In this document: in pieces, positions 52,731-64,000 of the stretch
How positions within the stretch are numbered: the first letter of the stretch is position 1
Layout: each line of letters opens with the position of its first letter
Source: Octopus vulgaris
Lineage: Eukaryota
Length of the DNA: 64,000 bases
Direction of reading: 5' to 3'
Assembly (NCBI GenBank): GCA_951406725.2
Contig: OX597829.1
Location: 46,686,001 to 46,750,000, forward strand
Position numbers and translations under genes: made by a program
Notes under the pieces: model-generated
The model's input: only the letters and a program-made list of their open reading frames with translations
Databases searched by the model: none
What the model was told of the DNA's origin: nothing

Positions 52731-53544
52731 TTGAATACTTTTAATGGTGCATTATAATATAACACTTATGTTATTATTCATAAACGATATGCAATAAGTA
52801 TTTAAAGAAATTTATTACGTATCAAACAATACAAATCATTGTTCCTCCTTTATATTAGTAAATAATATATCGCCAGTAGTATACATAATGATGAATATTT
52901 GTATTTATATTATCCTCAACGTTGCAGATAATAAATTTTAAAAGCCTTAATTAATATAATGTATCGCTGATCCAATAATTATATAAAATATGGACTGATA
53001 CACGGTTTGAACAGAATATTAATTAATCATCATAGCAACACTGGTTATATCTCTGTCATAATAAATCTAACATTATAATTCCAATCTTTAAATATAAATA
53101 TAAGCTTTTTATCTTCCATCATATAAATTAAACTTCTTCAGTCCAACGTAAACGAGCCATCGCTTTTAACTTGCCGTCATTAAATATATTTGATATAAGC
53201 TTCTTTCTGTTTGTGTTTGTTTTTCTATGTTCTGTTCAATTATTATTTTACTTTAATCTTGTCCACTTTTCACAAAACCACTTTCATTATTCTCCTTAAT
53301 TCTAAATTAACGAAGTGTGTGCGCTTGTGTGTGTATGTGTGTGTATGTGTGTATGTGTGTGTGTGTGTGTGAGTGTGTGTTTACAATTATGTGTAACTAT
53401 TTTTCTGTTCCAAACCAAACCGAGACGAAAATTCAATGTCCATATCGCCACACACACACACGCGCAAGCATACACAGCTACACATATACACACACATACA
53501 GGAACGATCACATACATAGGTGTGTATGGATATATATATAAAGA

Positions 53545-54235
<691 letters not shown>

Positions 54236-54522
54236 GATGAATAATAGGTAAGTATAAACAAATAAATAGACAAACCAATGGAGGCTTACATTTCTTGTGA
54301 TCATTAATTGTGTCAGTCTATGTCACGCTGTCTTAATGTCTTGAAAGGGAAATACATTGCACTCCTTTTCTGAACTCTACAATTATTGTTAGATCTAACA
54401 AAGCAGTCATCATTAGCGTTCATCGTCTCCGCGTCTTCTTGCTGACCAACTATGGTCTTTTTACTCTCGCTTCCAAGGCACAAAATGTATGGAAACTTCT
54501 TAACACTTTACTTCCCATTAAG

Positions 54523-54553
<31 letters not shown>

Positions 54554-54827
54554 ACCATACGTACATGAACAAGGGGAAAAAATCACTATCGACTCCTCAT
54601 AACAATATAAAGAAAACAACAACAACAACAACAACAACAACAAAAGAAAAAGCAGTCTACATCTTCACTCCTCATGAACAATCAACAACTAAATCTGTTT
54701 GAAATTTTTTTTTTTTGTCTCATAATTTGATGAAATTACGTTTCTAAAGCTATAGAGCAACTATTGACACTTACAAATAGCCTACACTGGATTTATGATT
54801 GCATGCTGATAATGGAGCATTTTCTAC

Positions 54828-55255
54828 ATACATAAACGTACACACCAAATAATGATAACAAGCATAACAAATAATAATGGTCCTTTTCTATTATAGGGAC
54901 AATGCCAGCAATTTGTGTGGGGTGGGGAAAGTTAATTACGTCGACTGGTAATTTATTTATTAAATACATAACGTACACACCAAATGATAATAACAAGCAT
55001 AACAAATAATAATGGTCCTTTCTATTATAGGGGACAATGCCAGCAATTTGTGTGGGGTGGGGAAAGTTAATTACGTCGACTGGTAATTTATTTATTAAAT
55101 ACATAACGTACACACCAAATGATAATAACAAGCATAACAAATAATAATGGTCCTTTCTATTATAGGGGACAATGCCAGCAATTTGTGTGGGGTGGGGAAA
55201 GTTAATTACGTCGACTGGTAATTTATTTATCGACCTTGAAAGGATGAAGGGCAAA
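54828..55255. repeat. Three tandem 135-bp units spanning a SINE A tail and its flank
   Basis: CACACCAAAT at 54841, 54976 and 55111; the third unit continues into the SINE A core CGACCTTGAAAGGATGAAGGGCAAA. Confidence 0.9.
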
Positions 55256-55259
55256 CAAA

Positions 55260-55378
55260 AAGAAGAAGAAGTGGAAGAGGAAGGGGAGTTGGAATTGGAA
55301 GAAGAATTGGAAGAAGAAGAAGAAGAAGAAGAAGAAGAAGATGAAGAAGAAGAAGAAGAAGAAGAAGAAGAAGAAGAT

Positions 55379-55443
<65 letters not shown>

Positions 55444-55627
55444 AGAAGTGGAAGAAGAAGAAGAAGAAGAAGAAGAAGAAGAAGAAGGAGAAGAAGAAGA
55501 AGAAGAAGAAGAAGAAGGAGAAGAAGAAGAAGAAGAAGAAGAAGAAGAAGAAGAAGAAGAAGAAGAAGAAGAAGAAGAAGAAGAAGAAGAAGAAGAAGAA
55601 GAAAAAGAAGATGAAGAAGAAGAAGGA
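55260..55627. repeat. (GAA)n microsatellite
   Basis: Direct sequence; explains the poly-E/K/S/L ORFs. Confidence 0.96.
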
Positions 55628-57513
55628 TGATTCCCTTGTTCATTGAATATTGTTCTTCTTTCCATTTATGTCTCTCCTACAACGATCCTTATTGGTGTGA
55701 AATCCAACGATTTTAGTCACAATCCTCACCGAATCCATTTTGATTTACCTGTCCCTCATCCTCTAGCCCGATCTAATATGTTTTAACTTAAATACTTTTG
55801 GCTTTAAGCCATTACCCTTTGCATCGCAAACTTCTGGATATCCACCATCGCTGATATTTTCTTACTACCCGCAAAAAAAAAACGTTTGTTTACTGCTCGT
55901 ATGGAATTAATTAAAAAGTCTGGAGAGATATTATGTCGGGCAATCTTCCGGACAGTACCTTTGGAGGAGCAGGAAGGCTGGATATCTGAACTTCCTGAGG
56001 CAGAAGAGAAAGTAAAGAGAAACCAGGGTGACATGAACCCAAAAGTAAACGATACAAGACAAAACGCGTTAAAAACTGTTATTGCAAACCTACTTACCCC
56101 CATGAATCGAAACAGGTTATGGTGATGATGATCATTAAATTTCGTCGATCTCACTATGTTTTTCTTAGGTATCATTAACAACTTTTGGTATTGAAATGAG
56201 TTATGTAGTTGTTTGTGTAAGGATATTGAATAAAAGAGATTATTGATTATAACAAATTTTCTCCAACATCAGAAGAATATTTCTTTTAAATACGATCTCA
56301 CAATTATACTGTATATATATATTAAAAAAAAACTAAATTAAACTGATTACATTTCATTTTACCTCATAAATAATATCATAGAAAAATAGCTGTTGATCCA
56401 AGCAGCGGGTAGAAGTTCCTGTGTATATACATACGATGCTAATTTTATATTATACATAAAACATGACCTTTTCGGAACATAATCACAAGATTTACACCTA
56501 TAGAAATTTTTCATCAGTTTAAATATATAACTTGGCCGACAATCAAAAAATATACAAATTGTCGAAACTGAACCAATTTTTTTTCTGGCAAATATTCCTT
56601 GCGATTTATATATTATATAAAATATCACTCAATTAGTATTCTAGGAATTGATACGATTTGGGAACGAATTCTGGTTTTGGTCTTCCTTCTCCAAATTAGA
56701 AGCGGGATTTTTATTTTCTGAGACAAAAATAGCTCAAGCAAAGCTAAGTACAATACTACTGCAGATACTTTCCGGAATAGAATTTCTAATCCCTTATATT
56801 TTACAGAAGACATTTAAACGGGTAAGAAGGAATTGACTAAGCGGTTATGATGTTTGCTATGCATATCACAAACCTTCAAGTTTGATCTTACAACGTGGCA
56901 ACTTCTTTCATTTGGACAAACTTACGCCAGCAATCATTTCTTAAGTCTGGTACATATTTTATCGCTTCATTTGTTGAGTCGCTAAGTTACGGTCGTAAAC
57001 ATGTCAACAGCAGTCTTAGAGTAGTGTGAAGGGGACAAACACAAAAAAAAATGACACACACACACACACAAGGATAATTACGACAGGGTTACTATGTCGA
57101 TCAAATTTATGCAAAGACATTGGTAAGCCCGGAGCTATAGTAGAAAACACTTAACCAAATTGCAGCGCAAATCTGTCTGAACCCTAATTCACGTGGTTAT
57201 AAATTGAATTCCTTAGTCATACATCAATACTTGCATCTTAAACTTTCCTGTTTTTCTATTTCAATTATGAAGAATTTCAAGTCAGTTGATAATTAGCTGA
57301 TTCGTTTCGCTTCCTTCACCAAATTCAATTCAATAACATGATAAAACCTTCAAAACACTTGACAAACATTTCTTGTTAAACGCTATAAACGGCTAATTTA
57401 ACCACGAAGAAAAAACGTTATTTTTCGGTTTTATATGTCATGTGCAATTATCAGCAATTTGAATGTAATTTAACTGACGGGCAAAACAAACCTCATGCAT
57501 AGAATTTATGAAC

Positions 57514-57569
<56 letters not shown>

Positions 57570-57662
57570 ATTTATATATATGTAAGCATTTATATATATA
57601 AATATTTATATATAAAAACATTTAGATATATGTAAACATTTATATATATGAACATATATATA

Positions 57663-57731
<69 letters not shown>

Positions 57732-57940
57732 ATCTATATATATTTATACATATATATCTATATATATTTATATATTAATATCTATATATATTTATCTATA
57801 TCTATATATATATATTTATATCTATCTATCTATATATATATTACAAATATATATACACACACATAAATACACACATACACTCTCATCGATATATATGTAC
57901 ATATACACACACTTATACACACATGCACACACATAAGGAT

Positions 57941-58022
<82 letters not shown>

Positions 58023-58509
58023 ACGATGATCAGCTGGTATTGGCTTTAATGTAACTTGGCATACAATTATTTTTTAACTGATAAATCTATTCTGAAATAT
58101 CTATTCTGACATTCACGTTTATAGCCTTATCGGAATTCTGATAAAGTCGACACATGCAAATACACGGTAGTTCTAATCCCAGAAAGCATTATAAACTTGA
58201 CAGATATAAGGTAGTATTTACAAGCATAAGGTAATACTGACAGTCTTAAAGTTGATGACAATTTTGATTTATGGTGTGGAAAGAAGAACGACGGTCACGT
58301 GGTTACGGAACCGGATACTAAGACGAATGAACGTCCCTGTGTTGCTGAAACCTTAATTGTACACTGGAATAAGAAATTGTCTTCAATTCGTGACATTCGG
58401 GAAGATGTACCAGTGCAACAAAATTCAAAAGTTACTCGTTAAATCGGTGTGTTAACTTCAAATTTCCATCTGGGTTTAGGCTGGAAAATGTGGAATCTGC
58501 TATACCACT

Positions 58510-58654
58510 TTTCTTTTACAGGGTTTAGAAAAACAGAAGGACCACTGCAATAAGTGTGTGGATCAGAGAAGGGAATATGTTGAACGAAAACATAATAAAT
58601 TGATTCACCTGTATTTTCTTTTACTAGAATCCAGGAACTTTCAGTACCCATTTG

Positions 58655-58657
<3 letters not shown>
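58510..58657 (+). mobile_element. Partial mariner-derived MITE
   Basis: TTTTACAGGGTTTAGAAAAACAGAAGGACCACTGCAATAAGTGTG...CCAGGAACTTTCAGTACC is homologous to the 42348 and 59254 copies. Confidence 0.65.
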
Positions 58658-58714
<57 letters not shown>

Positions 58715-59045
58715 CAAGATAAGGACAGAAGAAAAATTCTAATGCCAGATACGCACTTCTGCCCTTATCTTGTAAATTATGTATAAATTTTACCGTTAAA
58801 GGCATTTTTTGATATGCTGGCCATTGATAAAATTTTTTCCCGAAAAAATTTTTATCCTATATCAATTATATATATATATATAATATTAGAAAGAAAAAAC
58901 ATCTTTTATCAATTCAAAATGAATAATTAAATTACACCATATAGAAAATTACATATAATAGAAAAGTTAAAATTAAAATAACAATTACAAAGTAAAGATT
59001 AAGTAAATTACAAGAATAATATATTGTATAGAATAGGTAGAAAAA

Positions 59046-59139
59046 CTTTAGACACGTGTTTCGCTGCTATATTTAAGAAATGATTATAGTAGTAGAGAAA
59101 TCACTTGCATATAAATATAGTCGCTCATCAGGTTAAAAT
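59046..59139 (-). ncRNA. Type I hammerhead ribozyme-like motif (Penelope-associated type) with long stem II
   Basis: Minus strand reads UUUAAC-CUGAUGA-GC(GA)CUAUAUUUA..loop..UAAAUAUAG(CA)GC-GAAAC-ACGU-GUC-UAAAG. The core is intact; stem I is imperfect. Confidence 0.65.
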
Positions 59140-59157
59140 ATATATATATGTGTGTGT

Positions 59158-59214
<57 letters not shown>

Positions 59215-59253
59215 GTGTGTGTGTGTCTGTGTCTGTGCCTGTGTGTCTGTGTA

Positions 59254-59472
59254 CACGAGAGATGCTGAAAAGTTATTGGCTTAAAAGGGTATCGTGGAAA
59301 GGCCAGGTTGGATGACCAACATTCCGAGTTTTGTTACTGCGCTTTAAAAAACTGAAAGACAGCTGCAATGAGTGTGTAAACTTGAGAGAGAAATATCTTG
59401 AACAAATTCATCATTAACAACTGATCCTCCTCTTTCTTTTATCTAAAGCCAGGAACATTTCAACACACCCTC

Positions 59473-59474
<2 letters not shown>
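59254..59474 (+). mobile_element. Mariner-derived MITE (~220 bp)
   Basis: TIR-like ends ACGAGAGATGCTGAAAAGTTATTGGCTTT and AAAGCCAGGAACATTTCAACACACCCTCGT. Confidence 0.7.
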
Positions 59475-59536
<62 letters not shown>

Positions 59537-59542
59537 AATAGG

Positions 59543-59620
<78 letters not shown>

Positions 59621-59634
59621 TAGCTATATAGATG

Positions 59635-59824
59635 TAACCACAAGTGAATCGTTGGCGATTATCTTCCTCCGTCTTCCCTTCTATTGGATCTTCATCTCTT
59701 TCCGAAGAAGAGCGTCTGCTCGAAACGTTAAACCATCTTTCTTTCATTTCTTGAGCGTCTGCTAATACATTACATATACGACGTCCTCGCGTTATTGCCT
59801 TTTTGTGTTTATTCTTTTTGAATT

Positions 59825-59825
<1 letters not shown>
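59635..59825 (+). mobile_element. Penelope-like pLTR remnant with a minimal hammerhead-like motif at 59699-59732
   Basis: TTT-CCGAAGA-A-GAGC-GTCT-GCTC-GAAAC-GTT-AAA (U4 replaced by C). The downstream part is homologous to the minus strand of ~48895-48960. Confidence 0.55.
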
Positions 59826-59855
<30 letters not shown>

Positions 59856-60259
59856 ACTTTTGAGCACCCACCCTCGTTAACTTAAATGGTTAATACTCGA
59901 TACCAAAATTCGAAACCTTTCGTCTAATGTTCAGCTACTGTACTACTTCCTTTCACTTGACAGTTCAGTAACACTGATGGATGACCATGGACGACCATGT
60001 ACACAGATTTTTAAAATTTACAATACGTTCTACCTCTTAAATTCCCATTAATTTTAATCAGACAAGAAACAGGTAGAATAGTTATAGACTTTGCGTCTTT
60101 TTCTATTATTGATTTGCGCCAGATCGGTACTGAACCGATGCAATTGTGGTAAACAAAAACAAAGACAAAAAAAAATACTTTGCAGTTTACATCGTTAATG
60201 TTTCAGAAAAAAACATACGTACACACATGCATACACACACATGAACACACAAGAACACA

Positions 60260-60331
60260 CAACTCACACATACATTTGTATGTATATATAAATATGTATG
60301 TGTTTATATATATATGTATATATATGTATGC

Positions 60332-60399
<68 letters not shown>

Positions 60400-60512
60400 T
60401 TATATATATATACATATATATATATACATATACATACATATATACATATATATATATACATATATATATACATATATATATATGTATATATATATACATA
60501 CATATATATATG

Positions 60513-60544
<32 letters not shown>

Positions 60545-60635
60545 CATCATATATACACATATATATGTATATATATATATATACATATATACATATATAT
60601 ACATATATATATGTATATATACACACACACACATA
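60260..60635. repeat. (TA)n/(TACA)n compound microsatellite
   Basis: Direct sequence. Confidence 0.95.
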
Positions 60636-61104
60636 TGTGCGTGTGTGTATGTGGTATAAACCGAGATAGTGGAAAAGAAAGGGGAGACAGACAGGCGTAC
60701 AGACAGACACAGACAGATAGATAGATAGATAAAGGGAGACATAAATACGTGTGCGTTTACCTCCATGCAATCTATCCTTTCTCCAAAATACAATGATAGA
60801 ATAGGTGCAAGGTTTAAAATTAAGTACTGGAATCGATTTGTTTGACTTAAGCCTTCGATGACTGAAACAAGTAAAATATAAAAACGATTGCCTCCGAAAT
60901 ACCGTGCAACCATCAAAGTGTTTCTCATTGATAGACTTAATTAAATTGGTGATTTTTCGTGGATGACGTAAGTGATACGTAATAGATACGTATTTTTCGG
61001 ACGTATATTCGTAATTATTTCTGCTGACACCATCAATGTGTATAACGCAGTTGTACGCAGGTATATTTGAGGAACTCGAAACCGTTGCATCATTCAGTAA
61101 GTGT

Positions 61105-61320
61105 AAGGCGACGAGCTGGCCGAGTCGTTAGAATGCTGGACAAAAATCTCAGTGACATTTTGTCCATCTTCGGTGTCTAAGTTCAAATTTTGCTGAAGTC
61201 GACTTTGCTTCTCATCGTCTCTGTTCCTACTAAATAAGCATTCCAACTGAGCATTGGAATCAACGTCTTTGACTAGGACCCTTCACTAAAATTCCAGGCT
61301 TTGTTATTTTAGTAGAAAAA
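61105..61320 (+). mobile_element. Old SINE family A copy
   Basis: AGGCGACGAGCTGGCCGAGTCGTTAG...AAGTTCAAATTTT...GTCGACTTTGC. Confidence 0.65.
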
Positions 61321-62258
61321 TGACTCATTTGATACTTGATAATGTTAATAATTTTCAATACCTATTGTATATTAATTAATATTTCAATTTCATCGGATTA
61401 AGATTTAAACCTCAGCTATAGACCTTTGTATAAATGCTTTGTTTTTATATCTTACTTATTCTGTAAGAGTTCTTGAATATCAAAATGTTTGTGATTAATT
61501 CTTAGAAGACATATTGATCAATTGTATCTAACCAAAGTATAATCAGAAACACTCATTTATCGACCCATTCAATAATATGATTTAATTAATATCTAATTAA
61601 CGATAACTAATAACGTTATATGAAAATATGATTTGCAACTAATTATCAACAAGTCACAGTTCTATTGAGTCTTGTTTGTGAATATATTCCTTCTTAATCT
61701 AACCAGATTTGCAAATATAAACATATTGGAATGAAGTAATAATACTGCAATAATTAGCAACAACAATAACAATAACAATAACAATATACATTCTGGAATA
61801 ATGTATATATATATATATATTAATAAAAATAAAAATTACTTGATCAAATTTTAAACTTCTAGTTATATATTAAATTAAAAGACGAAGTGTAGAATATAGG
61901 CTTGGCGGGCATAGATTTTTTTCTCTGGTATTTCCAAAATAATGATGAATTGTTTCTTAGCGTTACAAACTATGAGAGATTTTCTAAAACAGAAAGTATC
62001 TGCGTACATTTTCAATATGGGTATTGTATTTTGGCAATGTTGTCTACTAAAGAAGCTGCTTGCATTCTAAAGTTATGTTTTCTCATCCAAAGTTATGTCA
62101 TCTTTATGATTAGCTGTGCAAGAAACTATTACCTTGTGGCAAATAATGGTAATTGGGACTGAGGCGTCAATTTTCAAGCATTTCTCTCATGATAATAATT
62201 TTAATAGTGAGAAACAAGAACGAAATAACATCGCAATTATGCAAAATAATGCTTTGTC

Positions 62259-62579
62259 TTATACTATGGCCCCGGACCGACCAATGCCTTGTGAGTGGAT
62301 TTGGTAGACGGAAACTGAAAGAAGCCTGTCGTATATATGTATATATATGTGTGTGTGTGTTTGTGTGTCTGTGTTTGTCCCCCTAGCATTGCTTGACAAC
62401 CGATGCTGGTGTGCTTACGTCCCCGTCACTTAGCGGTTCGGCTAAAAGAGACCGATAGAATAAGTACTGGGCTTACAAAGAATAAGTCCTGGGGTCGAGT
62501 TGCTCGATTAAAGGCGGTGCTCCAGCATGGCCGCAGTCAAATGACTGAAACAAGTAAAAGAGTAAAAAAAAAAGAGAGA
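62259..62579 (+). mobile_element. 5'-truncated SINE family B with a 37-bp flanking direct repeat
   Basis: GAAATAACATCGCAATTATGCAAAATAATGCTTTGTC at 62222-62258 and 62580-62616. Confidence 0.9.
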
Positions 62580-62765
62580 GAAATAACATCGCAATTATGC
62601 AAAATAATGCTTTGTCATTAAAGGAAAAAACAATGCCAGTAGAAAAATATAGTATGATATAAAAAGTTTAAAAAAACTGTTTGGAGCAAAATTTGAGACT
62701 TGGTCATTCGTATTTCAAAGCTATATATCCAGAAAACAGTTGGGTTTCAAGATTTTCTTTTTCTA

Positions 62766-63054
62766 AGGCGGCAGAAACGTTAGCACGCCGAGCGAAGTGC
62801 TTAGCGGTATTTCATATATAATAGGCGGCGAGCTGGCAGAAACGTTAGCACGCCGGGCGAAATGCTTAGCGGTATTTCGTCTGCGTTACGTTGTGAGTTC
62901 AAATTCCGCCTTTCATCCTTTCGGGGTCGATAAATTAAGTACCAGTTACGCACTGGGGTCGATGTAATCGACTTAATACCTATGTCTGTCCTTGTTTGTC
63001 TCCTCTGTGTTTAGCCCCTTGTGGGTAATAAAGAAACAGGTATTTCATATATAA
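62766..63054 (+). mobile_element. SINE family A: short head fragment followed by a young full copy with the Tx1-like tail
   Basis: Head GGCGGCGAGCTGGCAGAAACG at 62824; GGTATTTCATATATAA at both 62806 and 63039. Confidence 0.88.
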
Positions 63055-63061
63055 ATGGTTT

Positions 63062-63210
63062 CAGATTTTGGCACACAGGCAGTAATTCACGGGGAGTGGG
63101 TAAGTTGATTACATCGATCCCAACATTTAATTCAACTGGTACTTATTTTATCGACCCCGATAGGACGAAAAGCAAAGTCGACCGCGGCGGAAACGATTCT
63201 GCCATCTTGC
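63062..63210 (-). mobile_element. SINE family A copy inverted relative to its neighbour
   Basis: ACTGGTACTTATTTTATCGACCCCGA..AAAGTCGACCGCGGCGGAA. Confidence 0.75.
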
Positions 63211-63231
63211 TTCCCTGTTTTCGTGATATAA

Positions 63232-63290
<59 letters not shown>

Positions 63291-63445
63291 ATATATATAT
63301 ATATATATATACAATATGTTACATTACTCGATAGTCAAGATAAAACTCTTGACTATCGTGTAATGTAACATAGTGTATAGATAAATTTCCTCTATTTACA
63401 TAATATTGAGGTCTCTTTCTTTCTTTTGTTATCTTACCGTTTTAT

Positions 63446-63485
<40 letters not shown>

Positions 63486-63759
63486 TTCTTAATTTTCTTT
63501 TTTATTGTTAAAATAATAATTATTTTTATTATTTCTTTTTTGCTGAAATTTTGCAACTTGATTCTTGCATGTATGTGTTCATTTATATTTATATTTATTT
63601 TTCTTTTGTGTTTCAGGTAAGAATGAAATATTATCAAGTTTCTAAACACTTTGGAAGGAGGCAGAGTTGAATGGGAATATGAGAGGTAAAGAAAAACACA
63701 AATAAAAACTCTCCTGCTGCATATTTGTAGGGTTGTTGTTCTGTATGCAAATCCTTGCT

Positions 63760-63817
<58 letters not shown>

Positions 63818-64000
63818 AGCAAGGATACTCAAAGGCTCTCTTAAACCTGAATCTCTGAACGATTGCCAGAAATTTTGTAGTCCTTGCATCCACTTCAAAT
63901 AATACCTGCTGCAACCATGGGATTTTCCTTTTTCGATTAGATACAGAAGTGTCCTTATTATCTAAAAGCATCTCAAGTGGAAAATCTCTTGGTCCCCCTT

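Noticed and set aside
54793-55665. 290-aa Ser-rich and 152-aa Glu-rich ORFs
   Set aside because: Made of (GAA)n plus the 135-bp tandem repeat.
55804-56181. Non-repetitive ORFs on both strands
   Set aside because: No recognisable domain or consistent splice signals; cannot be supported as a gene.
56468-56522. Minus-strand CTGATGA...GAAA hammerhead candidate
   Set aside because: No stem II pairing between the core motifs.
63820-64000. Coding-like sequence at the right edge
   Set aside because: Too short, truncated by the window and by (TA)n, with no identifiable motif.

Overview
AT-rich, extremely microsatellite-rich eukaryotic DNA. It is most likely intronic or intergenic sequence from a coleoid cephalopod (Octopus-like); this is inferred from the SINE families and simple-repeat load, not verified. 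No host protein-coding gene can be supported, and nearly all ORF-track entries are microsatellite translations or antisense shadows. Identifiable transposable elements: (1) an R4/Dong-clade non-LTR retrotransposon whose uninterrupted minus-strand ORF runs off the left edge, plus three more R4 fragments, all abutting (TAA)n; (2) a decayed full-length mariner with TIRs and mariner-derived MITEs; (3) two L1/Tx1-clade copies sitting in (GATA)n; (4) RTE, Penelope-like and Helitron remnants; (5) three tRNA-derived SINE families, called A, B and C here. The most interesting signals are: several hammerhead-ribozyme-like motifs in Penelope-type inverted repeats; a SINE A subfamily whose 3' tail matches the Tx1 LINE tail; recurrent SINE A multimers joined at the same internal GGTATTTC motif; and a set of unrelated hairpin elements embedded in (TA)n. 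All coordinates were read by eye and may be off by a few bases.
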